Assembly (NCBI RefSeq): GCF_056712565.1
Contig: NZ_CM160072.1
Strand: one strand, 5' to 3'
DNA: 64,000 nt
Every line of letters starts with the position of its first letter. The stretch's first letter is position 1. A model generated the notes under the pieces. The model was not told where the DNA came from, did no database searches, and saw only the letters and a program-made list of their open reading frames with translations. Below are positions 1-8,685 of this stretch, piece after piece. The position numbers and the translations under genes are program-made.

Positions 1-53
1 ATAAAAAGCATAATTCACCACCGGCATTAGCTATATCTCTTCTGAAACTTGAT

Positions 54-1190
54 GTGTCTGAAAGAAATTACGACTCTTCTGGCAGAAGAATTATCAAACA
101 GACGCGAAATGATGAAAAAGATTTGGGAGGTAAAGTACACCCTGTGTCATCTTCAAGCATCAAACCGGTAGTAGACTACTACATTAATGGAGATAATCTC
201 TATGAACCATTATCAATTCCCCCTTATGGAGTTAGAACTTATAAAGATACTTTTCAACTAATCATCTATAAAGAAGGAATTAGATATAATAAGCCAGCAA
301 TTTATTTTGGTAAAATTCAATCTAATATACGGCTGGAGATAAATTCGAATAGATATTACCTTACTTTTTTAGCCAGAAAGAAAGGTACCAAACAAGCATA
401 TAAACTTGAAATTGATGCTTCAGAATGGGATGAAAGTAAAAAGAGTTTTTTCTGTAGTGAGTATGAAAAACAAAGAGCAGAAGCAAATAAGTATTATAAT
501 GGACTAAAAGACAAGCGCAAAGCAACCAAATATCTTAATATTTTCTTTTTTGGTTTTCCTGATGAGTGCGATAGTTTTTTATTTAAGACTAGTTGTTTTA
601 AATTGATTTATATCGTTTTCTTAGATGATTTTGATGTGACTTATAATGACAAAAACTACAGCATAGAAAAAGAACAGCTAATTAGAGATGAAATTAACAA
701 AGAACATTTGACAGATCATCAAAATAGAATAAACCTTGCTGAGGTTGCTGAGGTTGCTGAGGTTGCTGAGGTTGCTGAGGTTGCTGAGGTTGCTGAGGTT
801 GCTGAGGTTGCTGAGGTTGCTGAGGTTGCTGAGGTTGCTGAGGTTGCTGAGGTTGCTGAGGTTGCTGAGGTTGCTGAGGTTGCTGAGGTTGCTGAGGTTG
901 CTGAGGTTGCTGAGGTTGCTGAGGTTGCTGAGGTTGCTGAGGTTGCTGAGGTTGCTGAGGTTGCTGAGGTTGCTGAGGTTGCTGAGGTTGCTGAGGTTGC
1001 TGAGGTTGCTGAGGTTGCTGAGGTTGCTGAGGTTGCTGAGGTTGCTGAGGTTGCTGAGGTTGCTGAGGTTGCTGAGGTTGCTGAGGTTGCTGAGGTTGCT
1101 GATTTTGACAAGAGCGAATTTAACCCTTCGGATTCTGATAGGAAAATATGGACTGGGATAAGAAAGCTTATTTCATTCTTTAAAAAATAG
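54..1190 (+). CDS. Hypothetical protein with C-terminal (Ala-Glu-Val)n tandem-repeat tract; reading frame is open to window start so the N-terminus may lie upstream
   Basis: 378-aa ORF in AT-rich DNA; about 40 consecutive AEV tripeptides encoded by perfect 9-bp repeat; no stop in frame between position 3 and 54. Confidence 0.45.
   Translation: MSERNYDSSGRRIIKQTRNDEKDLGGKVHPVSSSSIKPVVDYYINGDNLYEPLSIPPYGVRTYKDTFQLIIYKEGIRYNKPAIYFGKIQSNIRLEINSNRYYLTFLARKKGTKQAYKLEIDASEWDESKKSFFCSEYEKQRAEANKYYNGLKDKRKATKYLNIFFFGFPDECDSFLFKTSCFKLIYIVFLDDFDVTYNDKNYSIEKEQLIRDEINKEHLTDHQNRINLAEVAEVAEVAEVAEVAEVAEVAEVAEVAEVAEVAEVAEVAEVAEVAEVAEVAEVAEVAEVAEVAEVAEVAEVAEVAEVAEVAEVAEVAEVAEVAEVAEVAEVAEVAEVAEVAEVAEVAEVADFDKSEFNPSDSDRKIWTGIRKLISFFKK
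737..1100. repeat. Perfect 9-bp tandem repeat (GCTGAGGTT) x about 40, in frame within ORF 54..1190
   Basis: Directly visible in sequence; generates spurious ORFs in other frames (SATSAT.., LRLLRL..). Confidence 0.95.
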
Positions 1191-1221
1191 ATCTATAGCA
1201 GTCATCATATTGGATTATTGG

Positions 1222-1257
1222 TGAAGTGGTACACTGAATTTGCCCACCTGAACAGAG
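1222..1257 (+). mobile_element. Solo IS3-family (IS911-like) terminal inverted-repeat remnant
   Basis: TGAAGTGGTACACTGAATTTGCCCACCTGAACAGAG matches the IS911 terminus seen at about 9880-9915 (reverse complement) with 2 mismatches; no adjacent transposase. Confidence 0.5.
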
Positions 1258-1321
1258 TTGGTTTTATCAAACTTGTAGTTTACTCAATGACGTAAAAATT
1301 GGTGATGTAAAGGATATAAAA

Positions 1322-3106
1322 ATGTGGTCAGACAAAGAGTCATCAGAAGACTACCTAAATTTTGGTGAAGTATCTCAGTTAGCCGTGGATGTACTTACCA
1401 CGAAAGATATGTTACCAGTATCTATCGGAATTTTTGGAAACTGGGGGGCAGGTAAATCCTCTCTGTTAAAACTGATAGAGCAAAAACTTGAGCAAGACGA
1501 CAAAGATTGGATTGTTATCAATTTTGACTCTTGGCTCTATCAGGGGTACGACGACACCCGTGCCGCACTTCTTGAAGTCATCGCTACAGAATTGACAAAA
1601 GCTGCTGAAGGTAATTCAGCCCTTATATCAAAAACTAAGAGACTCCTTAGTCGAGTTGATGGTTTTAGAGCTATGGGATTACTAGCTGAGGGTACAGCTT
1701 TAATGGCAGGATTACCTACTGGCGGTTTGCTTTCTAGGGGGATTGGTGCATTAAGAAATATCACCGATGGCATCCAGAGCCAGGAAGAGTATGAGGCTTT
1801 AGGCAATATAGCTAAAGAAGGTAAAGAAACTGCTTGTGGTTTGATTAAACCACAAACAAAAAAAAGCCCCCCTCAGCAGATTGATGCCTTTCGTAAGGAA
1901 TATGGGGAAATTCTAGAAGAACTTGGAAAGCCACTCATTGTGGTAATAGATAACCTAGACCGCTGTCTCCCTGCCAATGCTATCCATACACTTGAAGCTA
2001 TCAGGCTATTCCTTTTCTTGACTAATACAGCCTTTATTATTGCAGCAGATGAGGACATGATTCGCTCTTCTGTGGCTGATTACTTCAAAGGGGCATCACA
2101 GCGCCATCAAATAGATTATCTGGATAAGCTAATCCAGGTTCCTATTCGGGTGCCTAAGGCTGGGGTCCGTGAGATCCGTTCGTATCTGTTCATGCTTTAT
2201 GCCATTGAACATGGCTTAGAAGGCGAAAAAATAACTATGCTCCGTGAGGGCTTAGAGAAGGCGTTACAGCAATCCTGGAAAGATGAACCAATCTCACGTC
2301 AGGAGGCCTTAAAAATGACTGGTGAAGCGGATGATAGCAACCTCGCGCTGGCGTTTGCGCGTGCTGACCGTATTGCTCCCATTTTAGCCAACTCTCCAAT
2401 TATTCATGGTAATCCCAGGATCGTTAAACGCTTGTTGAATGTTGTGAAAATGCGATCTCAAATTGCGAAGCGACGAGCAATGCCTTTGGATGAAGCAATT
2501 ATTACTAAGCTAGTAATTTTTGAACGCTGTGTTGGAGTGGATGGCACCGCTGATTTATATCATCTCGTGGATATTGAACAAGGTGTTCCCCAGATACTTA
2601 AACAGCTTGACGATAATGGCGGTCAAATACCTACTGATGCACCAAAGACATGGACTGATAGTCCAACGACTAAATCTTTCATCAGTCAATGGGCCCAACT
2701 TGAACCTCGTCTTGGTGGGATTGACTTAAGGGCCGCCATATATCTGTCCCGAGAAACTATGCCAATAGGTGCATATGTGGTTGGTTTATCGCCATCTGGA
2801 CGGGAAGTACTAAATGCACTAATTGAATTGAAAAACACTAGTTCTCCTACAGCAGAAAACCTTTTGAAAGCACTTCCTCGTGAGGAGCAAATACCTGTAA
2901 TGGAAGGTTTAATTAACCAGTTACGGCAGGTATCAGATTGGGATCGTAAGCCCAGAGGCTTTTCCGGTGCATGTCTGTTGGCCCGCTACTCAACAGATGC
3001 AGCCAGCATATTAATTCGTTATCTACAGGAATTACAGTTGGGGATGAAACGACCAGCGTGGATGACTGCAGCATTAAAAGATGAACAATGGAATAAGGAC
3101 GCTTAA
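1322..3106 (+). CDS. qatA: KAP-family P-loop NTPase (QatA-like)
   Basis: Walker A GNWGAGKS, FDSWLYQGYDD motif after P-loop, Walker B VVIDNLDRC; 594 aa; first gene of 4-gene overlapping operon. Confidence 0.75.
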   Translation: MWSDKESSEDYLNFGEVSQLAVDVLTTKDMLPVSIGIFGNWGAGKSSLLKLIEQKLEQDDKDWIVINFDSWLYQGYDDTRAALLEVIATELTKAAEGNSALISKTKRLLSRVDGFRAMGLLAEGTALMAGLPTGGLLSRGIGALRNITDGIQSQEEYEALGNIAKEGKETACGLIKPQTKKSPPQQIDAFRKEYGEILEELGKPLIVVIDNLDRCLPANAIHTLEAIRLFLFLTNTAFIIAADEDMIRSSVADYFKGASQRHQIDYLDKLIQVPIRVPKAGVREIRSYLFMLYAIEHGLEGEKITMLREGLEKALQQSWKDEPISRQEALKMTGEADDSNLALAFARADRIAPILANSPIIHGNPRIVKRLLNVVKMRSQIAKRRAMPLDEAIITKLVIFERCVGVDGTADLYHLVDIEQGVPQILKQLDDNGGQIPTDAPKTWTDSPTTKSFISQWAQLEPRLGGIDLRAAIYLSRETMPIGAYVVGLSPSGREVLNALIELKNTSSPTAENLLKALPREEQIPVMEGLINQLRQVSDWDRKPRGFSGACLLARYSTDAASILIRYLQELQLGMKRPAWMTAALKDEQWNKDA

Positions 3107-3858
3107 TGGGAACATCACAATCAAGTAAAGGTCCAGGAGGTGGCTCTCCGCTGGTTCCACCATGGGCTGATGATCAGCCACAGCAACCGTTACCCTCGCC
3201 GCAAGAAAGGAGGTTTGCGCCATTTCGAGAATCGTTGGGAAATGCGGTATCAAATGGAAATCGAGCAGATTTCAGAAAAGCCATAGGGCACTACGCGCGA
3301 AAAGCCTCCGGAGGGAGCAGTAACGCTGCTCGGCGATTAGGGAGTGTCACGCAAGCTGGGGCCGAATTATTTGGGGCTTTAGTGGGAATGCCTTCGGCTC
3401 CCGGAGAACCAAGCATCGATTTGGGCAGTTTGGCAGGCCTTCCATGCGAAATAGCAATATCAACTATTGCTCAAGCTTTAACATCACAGGATGGTGACTC
3501 AGAAAAGATCTGTGCGGCCATGAACCATGCTTTAGTGGAGGCTCTTGATGGCGTAGAAATTTTCGATCCTCAAAAAATAACTGATGGTGTGATTGTTGAC
3601 ACAATGATTGGTTATCTAGCGGAAAGTATTTTCCTTCAGATGGTAATGGATTCTAATAGGGCATGGAACAAAGCAGATACACCTTCAAAGGCAATTCATG
3701 CAGAAATTGAACTCCGGGAATTGATTAAAGTTGTTGTTGATAAACATATGGCACCAAAACTTGCCGGTAACATAAGATCGTTCACACGAAACCAAATGGT
3801 AAAAATTGAACGTCAGGCCATTATTGAGGCCTGGCAAGAATGGGAGGCATACCAGTGA
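3106..3858 (+). CDS. qatB: Protein of unknown function (QatB-like position)
   Basis: 250 aa, Gly/Pro/Ser-rich N-terminus, no recognisable catalytic motif; start overlaps qatA stop, end overlaps next gene. Confidence 0.55.
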   Translation: MGTSQSSKGPGGGSPLVPPWADDQPQQPLPSPQERRFAPFRESLGNAVSNGNRADFRKAIGHYARKASGGSSNAARRLGSVTQAGAELFGALVGMPSAPGEPSIDLGSLAGLPCEIAISTIAQALTSQDGDSEKICAAMNHALVEALDGVEIFDPQKITDGVIVDTMIGYLAESIFLQMVMDSNRAWNKADTPSKAIHAEIELRELIKVVVDKHMAPKLAGNIRSFTRNQMVKIERQAIIEAWQEWEAYQ

Positions 3859-5159
3859 CACAATTAGTTTTCCATCATAAACATCACCATTTGCCGCCAG
3901 CAAGTGAGAAAGTGTTACCTGTTCAGCTATATGGATTAAGTGGTCAGAGGCGCGGAGATATATCTGTTATCGGGAATCCTGCGATTGATCGGATCAGACG
4001 TTTGGGAGTACAGCTTCCAGCTAAGGTCATGGATTTTCTGAGTGTTGCATTAGCAGTAACTGCAGCAGATACTTTCGTTCAGCGTGAAAGTTCCGAGGAT
4101 GGTTGGACCCGCCAATTGTCGTTACGACTCCCCCTTCATGAACCATCCAGATGGATTAGTCTAAAGAAAGAACTTGAGAGTGCTTTGCATTTTCTTAGTG
4201 GAGACATCTGGGATTTCGAATTTTGTGACGATGGTTATGCACCGCCAGAGCCTTATAGCCAGCATTCAAGGCATCGTCTGATTAAGCTAAAAGGGCTTGA
4301 CTGTGTCAGCTTATTTTCAGGAGGTCTGGATTCAGCTATTGGTGCAATAGATCTTCTGGCTGCAGGGCGCGCTCCACTTTTGGTTAGTCATGCTTATAAG
4401 GGGGACAAGTCTCGTCAAGATCAGATCGCTGAAAAATTAAGTGGCCAATTTTCGCGCTTTGAGATTAATGCTGACCCACACATTTATCAAGGCGTGACTG
4501 ATATTACGATGCGAACTCGTAGCCTCAATTTTCTTGCCTTTGCGGCCGTAGGTGCTTGTGCCGTACAAGAGATATCTCAACAAGAAAAGATTGATTTGTT
4601 CGTACCTGAAAATGGATTTATCTCATTAAATGCACCACTTACTCCACGGCGGATAGGTTCGCTGAGCACACGAACAACACATCCACATTTTATTACGAGC
4701 ATACAAAAGATCTTTGATGCGCTCGGTATTTCTTGTCAAATAATCAATCCATATCAGTTTAAGACAAAAGGAAAAATGATCTCCGAATGTTCAAATAAGC
4801 AGCTCTTATCTAAAATTGTGGAAAGTACAGTATCCTGCAGTCATTGGAAACGAATGGGGCAGCAATGTGGGGTATGTATACCGTGTATCATTCGACGAGC
4901 ATCACTTCATGCAGGGGGAATTAGTAGAGATGTTGAATATATTTTCCAGTCCTTAGCTAAAGTAATGAATGAAATAGATCGCAGGGACGACCTGATCGCC
5001 CTTAGGATTGCGATCACGCAGAAATCGACTTTGAAAATAGGTACATGGATTGCCAAAAGTGGCCCTTTGCCTACGGCAGAATTTGATAATTTCAAGCAAG
5101 TATTTAAGGATGGCCTAGATGAGGTTGAAAGCTATTTACTGAGTGAGAACATAGTATGA
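3840..5159 (+). CDS. qatC: QueC-like PP-loop ATPase family protein (QatC-like)
   Basis: PP-loop SGGLDS; C-terminal Cys cluster CSHWKRMGQQCGVCIPC resembling QueC zinc site; about 150 aa extra N-terminal region; 439 aa. Confidence 0.7.
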   Translation: MGGIPVTQLVFHHKHHHLPPASEKVLPVQLYGLSGQRRGDISVIGNPAIDRIRRLGVQLPAKVMDFLSVALAVTAADTFVQRESSEDGWTRQLSLRLPLHEPSRWISLKKELESALHFLSGDIWDFEFCDDGYAPPEPYSQHSRHRLIKLKGLDCVSLFSGGLDSAIGAIDLLAAGRAPLLVSHAYKGDKSRQDQIAEKLSGQFSRFEINADPHIYQGVTDITMRTRSLNFLAFAAVGACAVQEISQQEKIDLFVPENGFISLNAPLTPRRIGSLSTRTTHPHFITSIQKIFDALGISCQIINPYQFKTKGKMISECSNKQLLSKIVESTVSCSHWKRMGQQCGVCIPCIIRRASLHAGGISRDVEYIFQSLAKVMNEIDRRDDLIALRIAITQKSTLKIGTWIAKSGPLPTAEFDNFKQVFKDGLDEVESYLLSENIV

Positions 5160-5881
5160 GCATCGATATGCACTGTCATCTAGACTTATATCCTCGGCCA
5201 GACCTCGTGGCTGAAGAAAGTAAGCGTCGAGGGACTTATATTCTGTCGGTGACAACAACACCTAAAGCATGGCATGGTACTTCTTTATTGGCTAAAGAAA
5301 GTCAACGAATCCGAACTGCTCTTGGGCTACATCCTCAAATCGCGCATCAAAGATCGCATGAGTTAGACCTGTTTGATTCATTGCTTTCGGAAACTAAGTA
5401 TGTAGGGGAAATAGGGCTTGATGGTGGACAGGGATTTAAAGAACATTGGGATATTCAATTGAAAGTGTTCCGACACATTCTCAACAGTGTAAATCGGGCT
5501 GGTGGCAAGATTATGACTATCCATAGTCGGGGAAGTGCATCAGCGGTGCTTGATGAGATTGAAAATATCGATGGGGTGGCAATATTGCATTGGTTCACTG
5601 GAACACCTAAGCAGCTTGAAAGGGCAATTGATTTAGGATGCTGGTTCTCAGTGGGGCCTGCTATGCTCGATACAATAAAGGGTAAGGCCTTAGTTTTGAA
5701 AATACCCAAATCACGCATTCTTACAGAAACAGATGGGCCATTTGCTAAGTTTCGTAATGACCCACTAATGCCATGGGATAGTGGGATTGCAGAGAAACAG
5801 TTAGCCGCATTATGGGGGATTAGTCAGATGGAGGTTAATGCTCAGCTAGTTGATAATTTTAAGGTATTATGTACATCATAA
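5156..5881 (+). CDS. qatD: TatD-family metal-dependent hydrolase/nuclease (QatD-like)
   Basis: N-terminal DMHCHLD (HxH), EIGLD, C-terminal TETDGPF motifs typical of TatD; 241 aa; start overlaps qatC stop. Confidence 0.75.
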   Translation: MSIDMHCHLDLYPRPDLVAEESKRRGTYILSVTTTPKAWHGTSLLAKESQRIRTALGLHPQIAHQRSHELDLFDSLLSETKYVGEIGLDGGQGFKEHWDIQLKVFRHILNSVNRAGGKIMTIHSRGSASAVLDEIENIDGVAILHWFTGTPKQLERAIDLGCWFSVGPAMLDTIKGKALVLKIPKSRILTETDGPFAKFRNDPLMPWDSGIAEKQLAALWGISQMEVNAQLVDNFKVLCTS

Positions 5882-6433
5882 GAATGAAAAACTTAGATAT
5901 GCATTTACAGTTCAATTCATTTTTCGTCATCAGTTAATTACACATAAAATTAAAAGTAAGAATATATCTACCCTGTGAATGAGTAAGGCGGATTTATATA
6001 GTTTGTAATTAGTTTAAATGTAAGCAGTTCGTCAGAGTGCGTATTCCGCTCTATTCGATCACGGATTGGCCGTTATGACCCGATCTCGATGGAAGTTATT
6101 GGGTGATCCCCTTCCATGAAAATATGCACCGAAGCTCCCGCAGAGGTTTCCGTGGGCGAAGGCATGATTCTGTCCGAGAGCCGGATGTGTTAGAAGCGCA
6201 TGTCCGCTTCGATGAGCGGGGTGTGGAAACAGGATTTATGGTCAGGACAGTAAGGCACCGCCAATCGAAAGAGGCGGCAACAGATATGCCTGACCTGTAA
6301 AATTACCGCGCCACATCTTGACTCTACCCGTTTTCCAAGCGCCCCCCCTTATAGAACGTACACTGGATGGTGATACCGGCTATACATCGCATATTTGACA
6401 GTCAGCTTGCTGAATTTTTCATTGGCTGCAGCA

Positions 6434-7009
6434 TCAGGGCGTTTTCCAGATGACAGCTATAGTAAAAATGATCGCCAGACTGGCGAGAAAGCAGAGCGAA
6501 AGCGGGATTTTGTCCTTCAGTGTCAGGTTCAGCTCTTCTTCAACCCATGCTTTTTCAAATTCACAGTAAAATTTATAATGTGCGTACCAGTTACTTCCGA
6601 AGATCTGTTTGCTGATGACCGTGCCGTAAAACCGGGACATGATAGCGTCGATGGATTGTTGTGTACGCTGATAGTCAAAGTTTGCATCGCTTTTTACGTT
6701 GCGGTAGATGACTTCAAGTTCATTAAAAATTTTGGTCTGCTCAATCCCCGCACTTTCATAACTCTGCTTTTCCGAGTCATAAAACTGAATGTACATTGTA
6801 GCAACACCAAATATAATTAATATCGCGGAAATGACGTTTGTGGCCAGCTCAGGAATAAAAAGGGCGAACACACCGACAGCAAGAGAAATAAAGCTAATCC
6901 AACCGGATGCCTTACAAATCAGATCATAGGTGGCAAAGTTTTTCTTAGCGCCAAATCCAACGTTATAACCATGTCGGGCGATTAATTTCAGCATCTCTGA
7001 TTGCGTCAT
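6434..7009 (-). CDS. Small membrane protein, SLATT-like putative effector partnered with nucleotidyltransferase
   Basis: 191 aa; two central hydrophobic helices (WISFISLAVGVFALFIPELATNVISAILIIFGVATMYIQ) plus C-terminal hydrophobic segment; 7-nt gap after upstream gene. Confidence 0.5.
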   Translation of the reverse strand: MTQSEMLKLIARHGYNVGFGAKKNFATYDLICKASGWISFISLAVGVFALFIPELATNVISAILIIFGVATMYIQFYDSEKQSYESAGIEQTKIFNELEVIYRNVKSDANFDYQRTQQSIDAIMSRFYGTVISKQIFGSNWYAHYKFYCEFEKAWVEEELNLTLKDKIPLSLCFLASLAIIFTIAVIWKTP

Positions 7010-7016
7010 AAAAACC

Positions 7017-8345
7017 TCAGCTTATGGGAACTTCAATCTGGGCCCGGGCAACCACAACCTCATTTTTTATCACATAGCATTCTACCATGTGATCTCCGCG
7101 GAAGTCGGTAGTTTCTTTCTTCGTACAGTAGCCGCCGTCCGAAACGATTTGTCCCCGGATCATATTTCTTCTGCGTGCTTCGTCACCCACGTTCAGTACC
7201 TTCCACATAACGGTGTAGGGTTCCTCTGCCTCCATTTCTGTCAAGTCTGCCCGGAAAAGGAGAGATTTTCGAGCGGAGAGGCGGAATCTTCTGATAAGCA
7301 TCTCCCTCAGGCTTCTGGGAGGGAAACCATCCTGGGTTACGGTACAGTCAAGGTTGAGTGAGTACCTGATATCCACCGGATATTTATCCTCTATAAACTC
7401 TTCGGTATCGGTCCAGGGAACAGCATCTGCCGCATGCGATTCCAGACCAAGACGGGCTTCCATAATACCCACTTTACGTCTGGGGAAGGCTCGTCCGAAC
7501 ACTTTGCGCCAGCGGTCATTTTCACTGGCAGCCCCCTCAGCGTCTAAGGCATCACAACATAATTCATACGCGTGTTTCGCTGCCCGGCCAAACCAGGGAG
7601 ATTTAACACGTACATGCTGATTACTGCCTAACGCGAGATACCTTTCCTTTCTCTCCTCATTTGACAGATATTCAAAAAAGTCTCTGGCGAGGGCTCCCAG
7701 GCTGCCATTTCCGGTATTGTCATAATCTGATGTTGATGAAAGAAAGCGATACGCTAGTGTGTCTATCAGTAAGCCACCCATATTGACGCCATGCAGGTTC
7801 TTCCAGGCTCTGATCATTTTACACAGCTTGCGCAGATTATTGGATTTATCTCGCGAAAATGCGGTCATGGCCGCCTTTTCGTGAAGAGGTTTTGTAATGC
7901 GCCATGCTCCTCCATTATAGCTTTCAGGGAATTTAAAGCTGTCATCATCCTGTCTGAATACAGGTTGAACCTCGACATAAAAGTTTTTAAAGATGATCTG
8001 AACAACCAGTCTGTCCTTTTTCACAGTCTGGTCAGGATATTCTTCCGCCAGAATGTTTCTGACATCTGTAAGCAATGCAGACTGACCATTATCCTTACGG
8101 TTATAATATTCATACTGATTGGGGGGCATAATATAAAGCATATCCAGATCGGATATGCCTTTTATTGCGGTATGTCTGCCTACTGACCCCACTTTCAAGC
8201 GGTTTGCTACCCGGGAACTCGTTCCTCTGAACGCAAGATTTAATGACTTGGTTATTTTTCGATAGTGATAGCTGATCTTTTTTGCCTGTTTGAGGTCAAG
8301 ATTCAAATTTTCAAGAAATTCGCTGAACAATTCCCTGTGGCTCAT
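7017..8345 (-). CDS. SMODS/CD-NTase-like nucleotidyltransferase with about 120-aa C-terminal extension
   Basis: Pol-beta-type NTase signature GSVGRHTAIKGISDLD (GS-x10-[S]DhD) and downstream acidic strand YVEVQP; 442 aa. Confidence 0.55.
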   Translation of the reverse strand: MSHRELFSEFLENLNLDLKQAKKISYHYRKITKSLNLAFRGTSSRVANRLKVGSVGRHTAIKGISDLDMLYIMPPNQYEYYNRKDNGQSALLTDVRNILAEEYPDQTVKKDRLVVQIIFKNFYVEVQPVFRQDDDSFKFPESYNGGAWRITKPLHEKAAMTAFSRDKSNNLRKLCKMIRAWKNLHGVNMGGLLIDTLAYRFLSSTSDYDNTGNGSLGALARDFFEYLSNEERKERYLALGSNQHVRVKSPWFGRAAKHAYELCCDALDAEGAASENDRWRKVFGRAFPRRKVGIMEARLGLESHAADAVPWTDTEEFIEDKYPVDIRYSLNLDCTVTQDGFPPRSLREMLIRRFRLSARKSLLFRADLTEMEAEEPYTVMWKVLNVGDEARRRNMIRGQIVSDGGYCTKKETTDFRGDHMVECYVIKNEVVVARAQIEVPIS

Positions 8346-8448
8346 GGTGTTTCCTTTGGCATGTGAAACATTAGCTTACATTATCATTACACCTTATAAA
8401 AACCAAGATCTTGGGAGGTGAGCGTTCTGCATGGCTTTATGACTTAAA

Positions 8449-8666
8449 CGTAAGCGTTAACGGAGTGCCGTATTGACGCTTATTTATTGGTGAGTACTAC
8501 GTTCCATGGCAGGAGTTCGTCAACTCGGTTGGAAGGCCATTCCGGCAGTACGCTCAGGATATGGCTCAGATACGCTTCCGGATCGATATCGTTCAGTCGG
8601 CAGGTGCCGATCAGCCCGTACAACAGTGCTCCTCGCTCGCCGCCGTGATCGCTGCCGAAGAACATA
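8449..8666 (-). pseudogene. IS66-family transposase 3' fragment with element terminus (GTAAGCG...)
   Basis: 61-aa ORF ending ...LYGLIGTCRLNDIDPEAYLSHILSVLPEWPSNRVDELLPWN resembling IS66 TnpC C-terminus; GTAAGCG terminal motif at about 8449; abutted by IS911. Confidence 0.45.
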
Positions 8667-8685
8667 ATGAATCGCCACGGATAAT

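Noticed and set aside
737-1100. Possible CRISPR array
   Set aside because: Repeat unit is 9 bp with no intervening unique spacers, so it is a microsatellite and not a CRISPR; no CRISPR-like repeat-spacer array was seen anywhere in the window.
719-1161. ORFs 719..1111 (-) and 736..1161 (+) encoding (SAT)n and (LRL)n polypeptides
   Set aside because: Alternative-frame and antisense translations of the same 9-bp tandem repeat; only the frame continuous with the flanking unique sequence (54..1190) is plausible.
6103-6300. 65-aa Arg-rich ORF between qatD and the SLATT-like gene
   Set aside because: No start context or motif support; composition atypical; left as unassigned spacer.
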